Shown one piece after another: positions 14,997 to 39,433 of a stretch of 64,000 bases of DNA. The position numbers and the translations under genes are program-made. Under the pieces are notes generated by a model. It made no database searches. It had not been told where the DNA came from and worked only from the letters and a program-made list of their open reading frames with translations. Source of the DNA: Salpingoeca rosetta (taxonomy: Eukaryota > Protista > Choanoflagellata). Numbering within the stretch: the stretch's first letter is position 1; each line of letters starts with the position of its first letter. The DNA is taken from the NCBI GenBank assembly GCA_033442325.1, contig JAWQFM010000006.1, forward strand, positions 2,177,774 through 2,241,773, read 5' to 3'.

Positions 14997-15407
14997 ACAC
15001 ACGGCCACGATGGAAACCCAACAGCCGACACCAACCACTAGCTCCATACACGTGTATGTCGTGTGTATCGTGTGTGTGTGTGTGTGTGTGCGTGTGTATG
15101 TGTGTGTGTGTGCGTGTGCGTGTGTGTGTGCCATGTATCGTGTGCCTCGTGTCACATCACGTCAAGCAAGTCAGTCTGTCTGTCAGGTCAGCCTGCACAT
15201 CAACAACAGACACAGCAAGAAGTGTCCACACTTTGGTGGGTTGAAAAGTGAGCGTCTGGACGAAAGATTTTCGACGGCGAGACTGCGAGCAAGAAGAAGC
15301 AAAGCAACAAAGAGAGAGGTGTGGATCGACACACAAACGGAAGCAGCAGCGCAGCAGCAGGCAGGCGCACTGGAGGACAGACTTGACGTGCACGCACGCA
15401 CAAAGGC

Positions 15408-21430
<6,023 letters not shown>

Positions 21431-21829
21431 AGCATGCTCAATTGAGCATGAGTGAGCGAATGATGTGGATGCGTGCATGTGTGTGTGTGTGTTGCATTGT
21501 GTGTGTATGTTGCATTGTGTGTGTGTGTGTGTGTTTACGTGTTGCATTGTGGATTGTGGATTGGATGTACACGTGTGGATGGTGTCAGGTCGTGTGCGTC
21601 GATTCGTTTGGCCAGCAGTCCATCACATCTGTCACATCACATGTCACATCAAGCCCCCCCCCCCTCCTCTCCCCCAAAAAAACAAGTTGCTTACGACACC
21701 ATAAAACGGGTTGCTCCAAATCCTCATCCATCATCGCCACGCCAAAACACACCAACCAACCAAACACACGCGTGCTGTGATTGTTGTTGTGCCGTCCATC
21801 CATCCATCCCACCCCCACCCAATCAACCC

Positions 21830-24702
21830 ATGATGACGGTGCTGCTGCGCCTTGCTGGCCTGGCTGTTGTTGTTGTTGTTGCTAGCTTGGCCTTGCTGGC
21901 ACCGCCATGCAGTGCTGCAGATTCCGCGGAGACGATTATCAACGTGTGGCCGCAGCCGGTGACGCAGACGTGCACGGGCCAGTCGCCACGCAAGCTCTGG
22001 CAGTCCTTCAGCATCACCAGCACGCAGGACAGCCTGAGCCCCATCATCGCGCGGTACACGCGCATCATCGCGGACATTGTGACTGACAAGGATGCGTGGG
22101 CGCCGAAGAAGAGCGCCAACTCCATCAACGGCATGGTCATCTCCGTGTCTCAGCCGGCGATCCCGGATCGCGAGCCCTCCGCAGAGTCGTACACCATCGC
22201 CACAAACGACAACACCATTGCCGTGCACACGCCGAGCATCGCCGGCGCCGTGTACGCGCTGGAGACCTTCACGCAGATTCTCATGGAGGGCCAGGGCGCC
22301 GTGCCCTGCGACAACCTCGAAGTGCGCGACTCGCCAACCCTGGCCAACCGCGGCCTCGTTGTGGACGTGGCCTCGCGCTACCTTGATCTGCAGACCATGC
22401 ACGAGCTCATCGACTCCATGGCCATGCTCAAGCTGAACACGCTCGGCATGCACTTTAGCGACTACGGCGCGTTCCGCGTCGCCACCCGCTACAACGAGCT
22501 CACCGATGACCTCAACGGCCTGTACCCTGGCCACGTCATGAGTAACCTGCAAGAGTACGCCAGCCAGCGTGGGGTGCGTCTGGTTCCGCACATGGAGCTC
22601 CCCTCCCACGCCTCGGGCTTCCAGCCCGCCGAGGACAACGTCTTCTTCTGCACCAGCGATGACGTGTACACGGAGAAGAGCGTGCTGAACAACGACGCCA
22701 GCACCCTTTCCTTCCTGGGCGACGTGATCACGGACGTGCTCACTCATTTCGACACGCCTTACTTCTTTGTTGGTGGTGCCGATGCTGCTGCTGCCGCGGG
22801 CAACTGCACCGTCGCCGATGTCAAGCGCGTCTTCCTCTCTGCCGTCTCCAGCGTCACAAAGCCCGGCACGAAGGCGGCCGTGTGGGATATGGCTGCTGCG
22901 GCGCTCACAAAACAGCTCCCCAAGGACACGCTTGTGTTTGCCACGCCAGGCTCCAAGCCCGTGGCAACAGCAGGCTCAACCATTGTCTCTGGCTACCGCA
23001 ACGTCAACGCCAGCATGCCGTCCCTCCCATTCGCGTACGTCTCACACCTTTTCTGTTCCGTTGTCGATGTGATACTGATGGAGGAAAGGGTAAAGAGTGT
23101 GTTTGTTTGTTTGTTTGTTTGTCTGTGTGTTTGTTTGTCTGTGTGTGTTTTTATGTCTGTGTGTCTGTGTGTATCCGTGTGTGTGTGTGTGTGTGTATTC
23201 GTGTGCGTGTGTGCGTGCGTTTGTGTGCACGTGGGAGAGAGAGAGAGAGAGAGAAACGAGCTGCGCATTACTACTTGCACGCGCTTCCGTGTGATTCTCA
23301 ACACCACGTTATTTTTGACTGCACTTGCTGTCGGCAGTGGCGAGGGAGCAAGCCAGGACTCCTACCGTGATTACGTGAGTTGGCCCATGACATTTGGCAA
23401 ACGTGCATCGCCACCATGTTCGTTTGGCGTGGTTGATACCCTCCGTGTTGTGGCGTGTTGTCGTTCTTTCAGTTAACCATGTAACACTACCTTCAATCGT
23501 TTCCACCTTCATATTGTAGACCGCCATGGGGCCGTCTGTCACCGGTGCCGCCGCCACCTTCTTCACAAACGCGTAAGCATCGAGAGAGCGTGTGTGTGTG
23601 TGTGTGTGTGTGCGTGTGTTGTGTGTGTGTGTGTGTGTGTGTCATGCGTCATGTGTGTTGTGTACGACTTTGGTTGCTTGATTATCTCCCCTGATGCATT
23701 TGTGTCTGTGAGCTCACACGTTTCTCCGGGTTCATGTTGCGCTCATTCGATCAATGGGTTGTCTCTGTTGCTTGATTGGAATCACCAGCATGTGCGAGGA
23801 GCAGCCGTGTGGGTCCAACAGCACAATCACGCCACCAGCAAGCTTCCTTGCTCCCCGTACTCAGGACAGGCCTGCACGCAACGCCACGCTCTCCTCCCTC
23901 TTTCCCCGCGTCACTTACATGGTGTGTGTGAAAAAGTGTGTGTATGTGCGCGTGTGTGTACGTGTGTGTGTACGTGTGTGCGCGTGTGTGCGCGTGTGTG
24001 CGCGTGTGTTTGCTTGTGCGCGTGTACGTGTGCATGTGTACGTGTATGTGTACATGCGTATACATACACGGGCGTGTACGTTGCTGGGAACGTGTGAGGT
24101 TTTTGCGCTGTTGGCGTTGTCTCTTGCTTGTGAACGGTCCTTCACTCACACTAACGCTGCTGCCGCTGCTGCTGCGTTTCTCCTCACTCCACCACCATCG
24201 ATCATCCATCATCGACCATCGACACGACTGCCATCAGGCCGGCGCTGCATGGAACTTCCGCAACATCACCGCCACTGATCTCCGCCAACGCGTGTACAAC
24301 TTCAACGCGTACGTGCACATCCGTGCTGTTGCGCTACGTGTTGGTGATACTGGTTTCATGGTTGTCATCCTCTGTTTTAGGGGCTGTACCTTTTTTGTCC
24401 CTCCCCCCCCCCAATCCTCGTTTTAATGTTGTTTGCTGCTGGCTGTGGGAACTTACGAAGCAAACACACGTGTGTACATGTGCGTTGCTCTGCCCAACAG
24501 GTTCATGGCGCTGCGCGGTGCACAGGTCTGCCCCAACTCATGCGAGTGTACACTGGAGCACTACTGCAAGGACAAGTACGAGCACTATGATGCGGAGATC
24601 AAGCTGTTTGAGGCCGGGTTCATCTTTGGCACGGTCCTCGCCACCACCGCCGCCGCCAGCGTCATCTTCCTGCAGATTCGCCGCTTCACATCCGCTCGCT
24701 GA
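21830..24702 (+). CDS. GH20 beta-hexosaminidase-like type I membrane protein with degenerate active site
   Basis: Signal peptide MMTVLLRLAGLAVVVVVASLALLA. GH20 hallmarks VWPQP, ESYTI, GAVYALETFTQI, RGLVVD, EYASQRGVRLVP, LPSH, FPR. C-terminal TM AGFIFGTVLATTAAASVIFLQI then RRF. Exons ~21830-23035, 23338-23374, 23520-23572, 23789-23921, 24238-24308, 24501-24702. Confidence 0.85.
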
Positions 24703-24952
24703 GCACCACCTGCCAATCCAATTGCTCCTTGTTCTGTGTGTAGTTGTGCGAGTCTGTGTGTGTGTGTGTATGTGTGTGTGTGTGTGTCTGCGTGCGTGAA
24801 AGTCTGTGTGTGTGTGTGTGTTTGGCGTTGCGTGTCGTTGTGGACATGGTGCAAGCTCTACACTGTATGTGGTGCAGCCCACACCTTTTCTTGTCCTCCT
24901 TTTCCTGTGATGTTGCTGTGCTACGTGGGCGTGGCTTGTCTACTGCAATGCA

Positions 24953-24983
<31 letters not shown>

Positions 24984-25530
24984 TGTCTTTGTTGTTTGTG
25001 TTTCGTCTGCCTCGTTAGTTCGCCTGAGAGCAATGCCTGCCACCCGTGCCATCACCGGTTCTGTTTGTCTTTGGTCTTGTTTCGTGTATTCGACCCTGTC
25101 GGGCAGGGACACAAATTGAAGCGTTTCCTGTCAGTTGTAACCAAGCTCGCACGCGCGAAACAAGCACGCAGAGCTCGTTGATTAAACATGTGTGACACAC
25201 ACACACACACATGCACACGAACATGCTCACGCACATGCACATGCACATGCACACTCAAATCCATGCATACAATTACGTTCGTGGGGTGTGCAGGCATGAC
25301 AGTTGAATTGAGCAGCAAGTGCATGCACATGCAAATAGCGGTTCTTCACACTTGATATTCGATCCAGAACAAGCTTCCTAAAATGTCTGTGATGTGGTGT
25401 GACCACAACCAACAAGGTGTCGCCTTGCACATCCAATCCCACAGGACGCAAGCATGCAACATCCACCCAAATCACAAGGTAATCACCACCACAAAGACGC
25501 ACCATCACCACGCTCCGTCATCACGGTACA

Positions 25531-27368
25531 TCACTCGGTGCTGAGCGCTGTCTTAATCTCTTGCAGAATGCCTGCGCCCCGCTGTTCAACATCACCATCG
25601 CTGACGTTTGCGTTCTTCCTACCACCGAGCGAGTGGCGGCGTGCGCTTGTATGGTGTCCGGCTTTGCCTGTTGCTGGCGGATGTGGCACAAGTGCTTCCT
25701 TCACCCCATCATTGCTGTGCCCAATTGTGTCATCGCCATCAGCCTGCACGTCTCCTTCCAATGCATCGCCATCAGCAAGTTGCGCGCCGTCCTGCAGCGC
25801 ATTTACTTCCCGCTTCAGCGACGCAATCAGAAGACTCTTGCTCCGGAGCCGCCGCATGGCATCAACCTGGCACGTGATCGGAAAATGAGTCGTGAGGTCA
25901 TGTAGGGTGTGTGACTGTGTGTGTGTGTCTGTCTGTGTGTGTGTCTGTGTGTGTGTGTCTGTGTGTGTGTCTGTGTGTGTGTCTGTCTGTCTGTCTGTGT
26001 GTGTGTGTGTGTCTGTCTGTCTGTCTGTCTGTGTGTGTGTGTGTGTCTGTCTGTCTGTCTGTCTGCATGTCTGTGTGTGTGTGTCTGTCTGTCTGTGTGT
26101 GTCTGTCTGTGTTCCTTTGTGCAAGCCTGGCAATAAAACCATGGACATGTTTTGCAGCGCACCTTCGTGGCGTGAAGTTGGGTCTCGAGCTCCTTGATGC
26201 GCTGTGCAGTCACCTGTTTCCCGCCCTCACTGAGCATCTGCTGCTGGCTCAAGCGCTCTGCCAGGCTGTGCTTGCTCCGCTCCTCCAGCATTTTGCTGCG
26301 TGATGTTGAAGTGTGTGTGTGTGTGTGTGTGTGTCAGTTTGGGTTGGGGAGACGAGGGATTGGGTGTGCGCATGTAACTGAAGAAGCGGGCGCATGAGCA
26401 CAATGACTGAGCACGCACGATACACCACCAAATCATCACCAGCCATCAAATCACACGCGGTCATTGCATCACCATACTTTGTGGATTGCAGTTGCTCCAC
26501 TTCATCCCGCGCAGTGCGTTCAGCGGCACGGGCGCGCTCAAGATGCGACTCGGCCGTCTTTGTCTGTGTGTCGAGGCGTGTTGTGCGGTATGAAGGAAAC
26601 ATGCGGGCGGTGTGCATGGGATGAGCGCGATGATGTTGAAACGGCAACACAAGATGAGCATGTGTCAACGGAGCAGGCAAAGCTTGTGTGTACAGAGCCA
26701 GCAGGGTGTAGGACGTGATTGCACCTCTTCTTTCGCCGCTGCAATCTCCTGCTTCAGCTTCTCTATGGTTGCCTGCCAATTACACACACACGTACGCACG
26801 AACACATTCACGCACGCACGAACACATTCACGCACGCACGAACACATAGTCAAACACACACAACATTGTTCATCACAGTTCACAGTGAGTGTCAAACAAG
26901 CCAAAACCAAAGCAGTCACAGAGAAGAAACACATATACAAGTGTAAAGAGTCGCACACACACACGCGCGCGCGCGCGGGGAAAAAACGCACTCCCGCAAG
27001 TGTGAGGATGTGTGTGCTAACATGACAAGCACCACAACACCCGTTTACACATGTACACATGCACAAACACAGACACAAACAAACAAACACACAAACACAC
27101 GTACACGCATACGCACCTCCAGTTCCTTGACGTGGGCGACGGTCTTGTCGTACTTGTCAAGGAGCGTTTGTTGCCGTTCCATCTTGGTGGCCATTGCATC
27201 GAGTGTTGCGCGATGCGACTTTTGCTGTCGCTCCAACTTCTTCGTCACACGCTCCTCTGCTTCTTTGATGAGCTGAGGAATTCCAGCAATTTTCTCGTCC
27301 TTGCGCTGCACTGTCGTGCAAATTGCCAGCTGCACCCGGTCCACACGCCGCGCCCATTTCTGCACAGC

Positions 27369-27461
<93 letters not shown>

Positions 27462-27478
27462 GTGTGTGTGTGTGCGTG

Positions 27479-27519
<41 letters not shown>

Positions 27520-28169
27520 GTGTTGACTCATGGGTGAAACTCTGCTGAATGTTCACATCACAATAACTGTTGTAATCCATGTGAAGCAAGGTCTGGGTAG
27601 CCAAGAAAATGGTGTTCCCACCACCACCACCACCACAGCAACAACAACTTCAACAACAACAACGCCAAGCGGTCCCCCATCTTTTCAAGACGCATGCTTA
27701 CCTGCTTCCTGCTGTCTAGCTCTTCGTGCTCGTCCGTCCACACATCAGTCTTGAGCACCTCAAACGTGGGGCCAATGACGGCTTTGCTAATGTCGTTGGC
27801 AAACGATGCAAACCCTTCGATCAGCTCGAGTCGCAACTCCCCATCCTCGCGCACGGTTTCCTCCTGCATGTGTGTGTGAACGTTCAAAGGGAGTTGCGGT
27901 GTGAATGCGCTTTTGCTCGCATGTGTGCATGCATACAGTGCATGCACACGACAAAGCACCTCACACAACTCCAACAGCACCGCACCAGCTGTTCGATGCG
28001 CTCCTTGTGCTCCCGAACAGCGGCATCCCGCTCCATCTGACTTGCTCGCAGCTTCTGCAGCGCCGCCGCGTCCTCCTCTGCCGCGGATTTCAAATCAGAG
28101 ATGACTCCACGCAGCTTCTTCACCGTCTCCTGCGCAGGCAGGGTTGCACACACGTGTACGTGGTGTGTG

Positions 28170-28212
<43 letters not shown>

Positions 28213-28221
28213 GTGTGTGTG

Positions 28222-28299
<78 letters not shown>

Positions 28300-30474
28300 C
28301 AATAACCAGGCAAGCGCCGACAGGTGCACGCACAATTAAACACGTACGCAAACACACACACACACACACATACGAGCGCACGCACACGAGCACACGCAAA
28401 ACAGCGCACAGCTCAACGCTCAATAAACGCATTCGTTCGCCCGTTGCCGCACCTGCAGCTCGCGTTCCCTGTCGTTGTTGGCGGCCGCTTCCTCCAGCGC
28501 ACGAATGCGGTCCTCCGCAATCTACAACAGGATCATGATGCTCCACCATGTGAGATGCTCAAAACACAACTTTGTGTGTGTGTGTGTGTGTGTCTATGTG
28601 TGTGTGTGTGCGTCTATGTGGGTGCACTGCCGCACCTTTACGAGCTGCTTCTGCTCGTCGACTTCGCCTTGCTTCAACTGCAGTTGGTCCTCAAGCTCCG
28701 ACACCCGCTCCTCACGCTTCCGGATCACAGACTCGAAATCTTGCGACTTGATGGCATCATACTGTGTGTGTGTGTGTGATATGTTGTGTGTGTGCGTGTG
28801 TGTGCATGTGTGTGCGTGCGTGTGCATGTGTGTGCGTGCGTGTGCATGTGTGTGTTCAAATGCTGTGAGTTTTCTCGAATTTATGAGCATGAGGAGTTGC
28901 AGGTATACATGAAACACTGTGACATGCAGCGCTGGTATGACATGGTGGTAAGTGTACATGCTGAGCGAAGATGAGACCTCACCTCGGCCTTGACGCCTTC
29001 AAGCTCCTTCTGCAAGCACGACACCTTGGACTTGAGCACCGAGATCTCCACGGCGTTGTCCTGTCGCGCTGCATCGCGCTCCATCTCCGTCGCTGTCGGC
29101 GCCGTACAGGGCGGTGGCGTTTGTAGTGGTGAGAGGGGGAAGGGTGGTGAGTTCGGGCAGTGGGAAGAGAGAGTGCATGAGTTTGTGTGTGTGTGTGCGT
29201 GTGTGTGTGTGTCTGTCTGTCTGTCTGTGTGTATTGTGAGTCCAATGCACATGCACGGTAAAAGTCAAGCAGTGCCAACGTGTGTTGCGGGTACAAATGT
29301 ACCTGAGATGGTGCTTTGAGCCGTTCTCAACTCTGCCTGTAGCGTGTGCACTTCCTTCACCAAATCCGAGTGCAATGACGCCTGTGTCATGGGCATGTGT
29401 GTGTGTGTGTATGTGCGGCATTACAAAGTGCAATGGATCACTCGAAGAAACTCTCGCAAGACCACACACACACGCGCGCGCGCACGCGCACGCAACTGTG
29501 TCGAGTTGGTCTCACCTTGAGATCCGACATGCGCGCCTTGGTGGATGCGAGTTCCGATTGAAGTTTGAGAACGCGTCGCTGCTGTTCGTTCAAGTTCTTG
29601 AGCGTTCCTTGCTCGTCAACGAGCGCCTGCAGCGATTGGATCTTCTGCTCGTTCTCTTGCTTCTTCTGCTTCAAGTGGACAATGGCAGCCGCCATCCTGT
29701 GCCAGGGCCGCAACCCATCAACAATAAAACACAAGGCCGAAGAAGCCAGGCAGCGCTCGTAAGCTTCTATCAAGGGTGCGACACGTGCAACAGCAGGTCA
29801 CAACATGCTCCGCAGCCACGTGCTTGCGTGTGTGCTGCGGCAACGGCATGGCTACAAGATAAGCACCGTTGACGCCACACCTGCTCTTCTCGTCGTCAAA
29901 TGTCGCCTGTGTCTCGTTGAATTTGCGCTGCAACTGCACTGCTTTGCCCTGTAGGTCCTGGATGGTGGCTTTCCGCAAACTCACTGGCAGGTGGTGCAGC
30001 CCCGGTGCGTGAGTACGAGCATCAGTGCGTGAAAATGAGAATGGGACGAGCAACACAAGAACGCCAACGCTTGGTACATGGGGCCACACGCGCGTGCGCA
30101 CTCATGTACGCCAATGCACGCACACAAACGTGGGCATGCATGACACAAACACGCTCACACGTGCGCGCGCCGGAACAAACACGTTCACATGCACATGCAC
30201 ACGCACACATGCTTACATGCACGCGCATCTTCAACCAAAAGGAACATGATCGTCACCTTCATCCTGCAGTGCTTCGACTATGGCTGACTGGTGCTGTAGT
30301 GCGTGGTCACGATCATTCAGCTCTCGTGCGAGCGAGGCATGTTGTGTCTGCAGCGATTGCACTTCCTCTCGCATGTGCTTGAGCTGTTCTGTCAAGTGCG
30401 AGCACTTTTGCTGCTGGGCTTCAACCTCCTGCACCAACAGACACGAGAGCAGCAGCGGCACGTGAGATCATGTG

Positions 30475-30530
<56 letters not shown>

Positions 30531-33296
30531 ACACATACACACACACATACACACACACGTACACAGCACGTGAAGCATGCTCGTGAGGAAGGAGCTCTCA
30601 ACAAAAGCATTGCAACGTGTAATAACCTTCACACTCACCGCTTCCTTGCTCTGCAGCTGATACTCCAGCCTCTCTTTGCTTTCCGTCACGGTCCGAAGTG
30701 CTTGATCATGTTGCTCCTTCAATCGCTGAAAAAAAAAGGCAACAAAACGTGCCAAAGTGAAAATGAGATGTCACGCGACTCAGGTGTTGCGTCGCACTCT
30801 GTGCACAAGGCGGCGTACATAAACAACCAACACCGCGTGTCCACAGCTGTTGTTGTTTAAGTTGTTGTTGTTGAAGTTGTTGAAGTTGTTGTTGTTTAAG
30901 TTGTTGTTGTTGTTGTTTCGGTGTGTACGTACCTCTCGTTCGTCATCCCACTCACGCGCTGCACGTGCTTGCTCCTGGTGCACACGTTCCAAGTCGGCGG
31001 CTGCCTCGTCCAAACGCCGTTTCACCTCCTCCAGCTCATGCTGTCACGCACGCCACGGAAATGACATGAAGACATGCGTGAGTAGGTGAGCGTGCGAGCG
31101 GAATATGTCAGTCAGGCAATCGCACATACAAACCCACAACACCAAGCACGCAGTCTCACACACGCGCAAGCGCACACATGCACAGACCTTGTGCTTGCGC
31201 TGAATGTCGTTGATGATGCGCTTGACAGAATGGGCAGGGTTGCCGCTGGTGCGCGCTGCTTTCTTTGTTGTGTTGCCGGACGCATGGGAGCCATTGTCAC
31301 CGTCTTCACCCCTTGCACGTGTTGTGTCGTCATCATTCCTCGCGCGGCCACCGCTCGCCACGACACCACCCTGTGCTGTATCTGCGATGCCATCTTCATC
31401 GTGCTGCTCTTCCTCCTCTTCCAACGCCGCTTCGTCAATCGCCTGCAAGTTCTTTGCCATCGCTGCGAGCTGGTCGCGTGTTGCGGCCCGATCCCGCTCC
31501 AGCGCTGCACATGTGTCCTTGAGCTCTTGTATCGATGCCGTGAGCTCGTGTTGTTTGCGCTCATTCTCTTCAGTTGCGGCCCGCATGGCATCCGTGTGCT
31601 GCGCCTCCATGGACGCAATGGTGCGCTGCACGCCAGCGAGTAGGCGGTCAAGCACACGCCACGCACGGTGCTGACATGTCACAAACAGGCCGTTGCGTGA
31701 GTGTGTGCATGAGGCAGGAACACGAGTGATGCGAAACTTGACATATGTCTCACGCCAAACCAGGGACATGACAGCCCTTTCTCGCAAGCCAACATCAGTC
31801 GATCTCACACACATAAGCACAAGGTACACACGGGCATAGGGCGCACACATGCACGCTCTTGCACACACGCGCACATACAATGGCTGTATCGTACCATGAG
31901 CGTGTGCTGCGGCGGCAGAGCAGCGTGTGCAGCAGCCCGTTGTTGGTCCTCGGAGGAAGAGGTGGGCTCGCCGTTCGTGTCGCTGCTGACCTGTTCCTCC
32001 GCCACTCCTGCCGCTGATGACGACTGTTGCTCCAGGCCTCGCACGTGCCCAACAACCGGCGCCAGACCCGTGAGCACGCTTGACGCCGCAGCCACGCCAG
32101 CGCCATCCCCCTCTGTGCCACCGCTGAAGAACACAGACTCAAGCATGGCCCCAACAGCCTGCAGGTCACGAATGCCTTCACGGGCAGCAGATGCCGCGGC
32201 TTGAGTCACGTGTTCGTGAGTTTGCTGTGTTGCCTCCAAGCTCTGCGCACGCACTGCAAGTGTTTTGACCTGGGCCTGTTCGCAGCATGTTTGCACATGT
32301 GTGAGAGTGTGTGTATGCGATCGGATGTGCACGTAAGTGAGCAAATTTAGGTGTGTGCGTGCGTGTGTGTGTGTGTGTGTGTGTGCGTGTGTGCGTGTGT
32401 GCGTGTGTGCGTGTGTGCGTGTGTGTGTGTGTGTGCGTGTGTGTGTGTGTGTGTGCGTGCGTGCGTGCGTGTGTGTGTGTGTGTGTGTAACTACTACGCG
32501 GTCAAGAAGAGGCACGTTGAACATGTCAAACTCATCCCACAACGCTACAGGCAGCCAAAAGGTTATAGGGATGCAAAGCAAGAGCAGCATGACCCACTCA
32601 CCACGATATGGTCCGAGGTTGGCTCTGTGTGGAGGACGGCCGCCAGCTGCTGTTGGAGTTGAGTCATGTTGGATGCTTGCTCGTCCGCCCGCTGTTGCTG
32701 TTGTGTCAACTGCGCCCGCAAGTCCTGCATGGCGTTATTGTGGGACGCTGCTGCCTCATCCATCGACGCTTGTAAGCTCTGCACCTCCTGCTGCAGCTCG
32801 TCACAGCGCGTGGACAGGTCTGTTTTCTCTGTCGACAGCGCTGCCACCACCTCCGCCTTGGCGTCGATTTCTGCTTGCAGCGCCGCCAATTCTCGCTGCT
32901 TCTCGTCCTCGCGTCTCGACTGTTCCTCGCTGTGCTCTCTGTGAAGCTACAACATGTGCATGCATGAGCATGCATAAGCATGTGCGTGTGTGCGTGTGTG
33001 TGTGTGAAATAAGACACGAACAACCAGCATGGCAGACAAAAACAGTACCAAGAACATGAGGGGTTGGTCATACACGGAAACGCAAGCCTGTAGCACACGC
33101 GCACGCGCGCGCACCTGTTGAATTGTTGATTGCGCTGCCTGGTGGTTGGTCTGAGCTTGTTGGAGTTCCGATTGCAAGTGTTGTACTTGCTGCTGCAGCT
33201 CGGCTGCGTTTGCATTCGCGGCCTCCAGCTCTTTACTGCGGTGCTGGTGGTCTGCCATTGTTGTCGAGTACGATGTGGCAAAGTGATCCCGCTCAG

Positions 33297-33369
<73 letters not shown>

Positions 33370-34785
33370 GAACGATTGCATCGCACGGCATGTGTGAGAA
33401 CTTTGTACAACACCACGACATGCAACGTAGAAGCGACAGAGATTCACGTCGCACCTGCAGCGTGGATGTGGACTGCTGCAACTGGTCAAGCTGCTGTCTC
33501 AAATGCTGCATGGACGCCTGCATGTCTTCCACTTGAGCGTCCTTTCGGGCTGCGGTCTCCAGTGCACGGTTGTACAGGTGCTCCCGTTGCTGATGCTGAT
33601 CCAGCGCCCGTTCCAACTGCAGCACTTTGATGTTCTGTACACCCACACGCGAACGTCAAATGGCATCATGGCATGGCAACAGCAGCAGCAGTGGTGAGAA
33701 CGACGAACAAATGTTGGAGTAGGGGTGGCGAGACTGAATGGGATGACAACATTGTAACAGCAGGGGACGGCGTAAGAATGACTTGTGCGTGTTGTGATGT
33801 GACACAACGACAGCAATGTGCGATGTGTGTGTATGTGTGGGTGTGCCAATGCACGCACACAAAACAAAAGTTAAAGCAAACAACACATCCAACCATGGGT
33901 AAACACGCAAGCACGCACATGCACACGCATGCACACGCCCACACCTGCTGCTCGAGTTGCTGTTGGTAGTAGAGGATATCGTCAAAGGCATTGCCAACGA
34001 GCTGACCAACATTGTGTGTTCTCAAGGGCTCTGCGGTCTGCGACGCTGAGATGCGTGCAGACACGGAGGCCATGGTAGCAGGCTGGCGATGCTGCAGTCT
34101 GGGAATCACAGCATTGAAAGAAGCAAAGCGAACGAACTTAGCACGCTATTTGGTGTCATACGTAGGTAGCCACGGCAGCAACAGTGAACAACGTACACGC
34201 GCACAATAACACACACGCACATACGCACATACATACATACATACACACACACGCACACGAGGACGATGCACACGCACGCACACGCACACGCACATACATA
34301 CACACACGCACACGAGGACGATGCACACGCACGCACACGCACACGCACACGCACACGCACACGCACACGCACACGCACACGCACACGCACACGCACACGC
34401 ACACGCACAAGCGTGTTCGAGCTGACCTGTGGTGAATTGGAGGCAGCCGCAACGTAGAGCCCAGGTCGCTACCGTGCGCCGTGGATGCAGCTGTCGGGTG
34501 CGGCGGCAGATGCTGCGGCAGATGTGCTGGTTGGTGATGGTGGCGGTGGTGCGGCTGGGAATGGTGGTCATAGCCGTACTGTGGTTGGTAGTTATGATGT
34601 GGCCGTTCAATCGTGGGAGGCGCCGCCGTCCCTGTGGTGGAATGAGCATAAGGGTGCGGGCGTTGCTGGGAATGAGACTGGGGCTGGGACTGGGACTGGA
34701 GTGTGCCTGGTTCTTGTGCTGGAAACATGCCCACGTCCCCGATCACGCTCCCAATCCCGCTGCCGTGAGCCTCTTGTGTCTCCAT
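25531..34785 (-). CDS. Large multi-exon coiled-coil protein of unknown family (start uncertain; a further exon with ATG at 35005 is possible)
   Basis: About 20 GT-AG bounded exons encoding heptad Q/E/L/K/A-rich sequence ([59 protein letters not shown]) ending ...EIKTALSTE* at 25531. N-terminal region is His/Pro/Gln-rich. Confidence 0.75.
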
Positions 34786-34989
34786 GAAGCTGGGTGTGTA
34801 TTCAGCTCTGTCTGCTACATGTACACCTGCACGTGAGGAAGTGAGGAAGGTCAGCAGATGCGTGGATGAAGCTTGGGAGTGATGGAAGGTGAAAGGATGA
34901 AGGTTGGAACGGTGTGGGAAGGTTTGGTAGGACACCTTCTGTCTCCTGCCTGTGTGCTGTGCGTCCTTGTTTGTGAAATTCGCAGCAGC

Positions 34990-35003
34990 GTTGCCAATGG
35001 AAC
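34990..35003. promoter_or_regulatory. RFX-like motif GTTGCCAATGGAAC in the short divergent region between the coiled-coil gene and the hydrolase-phosphatase gene
   Basis: GTTGCCA half-site in a ~300-bp head-to-head region. Confidence 0.3.
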
Positions 35004-35100
35004 ATTGTGGTGTCGTGAACCGCACTTGTTTCGCAACGACGACGAGCGGCAACGGTGAAGAACCACATCACAATCACCACCATCACCATCATCACGAACC

Positions 35101-38869
<3,769 letters not shown>

Positions 38870-39415
38870 GCCAGCAGTGAGGCACGAATACTGGCCACCA
38901 GAAGGTACATCGTTCCCATGCCGCTTGTGTTTGACCGGGTTAGAGGGCACGCTGATTTGGGTGGTTAGTGATGACTTTTGGTGCCTTTTTGAGTCGGTGG
39001 TTTAAGCAAGCTATTAAGTGGCTGAAGTAAGGCAGATGTAGTGATTGTGTGTATGATCGTGTGTGTGTGTGCGATCGTGTGTGTTTGTGATTGTGTGGTT
39101 CCTCTGCATCAGTACATGGAAGTAAACGCGTTTGAGATGACACAACGTCAGCCAGGCAGTGTGTGTGTGTGTGTGTGTGAAGCAAAGCAACGCTGAAGAC
39201 AAGCAACAAGAGAGCAACAAGAGGGAGGGGAGATGAGCCAACACACGCCGCCACCTCTTCACCCCACGAAGTGGAAGCAAGCATGCCAGCAAGCAAGGAA
39301 GAAGAAGAAGAAGAGGTAAACCGAACCAAGCCAAAGCAACAAGAGAAGGGAGAAGAGGGAAGTGAAGGAGAGACAGCAAGCGCCACAGCAGCCAGCCACA
39401 TGGAGAGAGAGAGAG

Positions 39416-39424
39416 AAAAAAAAA
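39416..39424 (-). terminator. RNA polymerase III oligo-T terminator of the 5S gene
   Basis: T9 run on the - strand ~10 nt after the 5S 3' end. Confidence 0.75.
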
Positions 39425-39433
39425 TGGAAGGGA

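Noticed and set aside
25100-25530. Possible tRNA or small RNA between the convergent GH20 and coiled-coil genes
   Set aside because: No cloverleaf or A/B box arrangement could be built.
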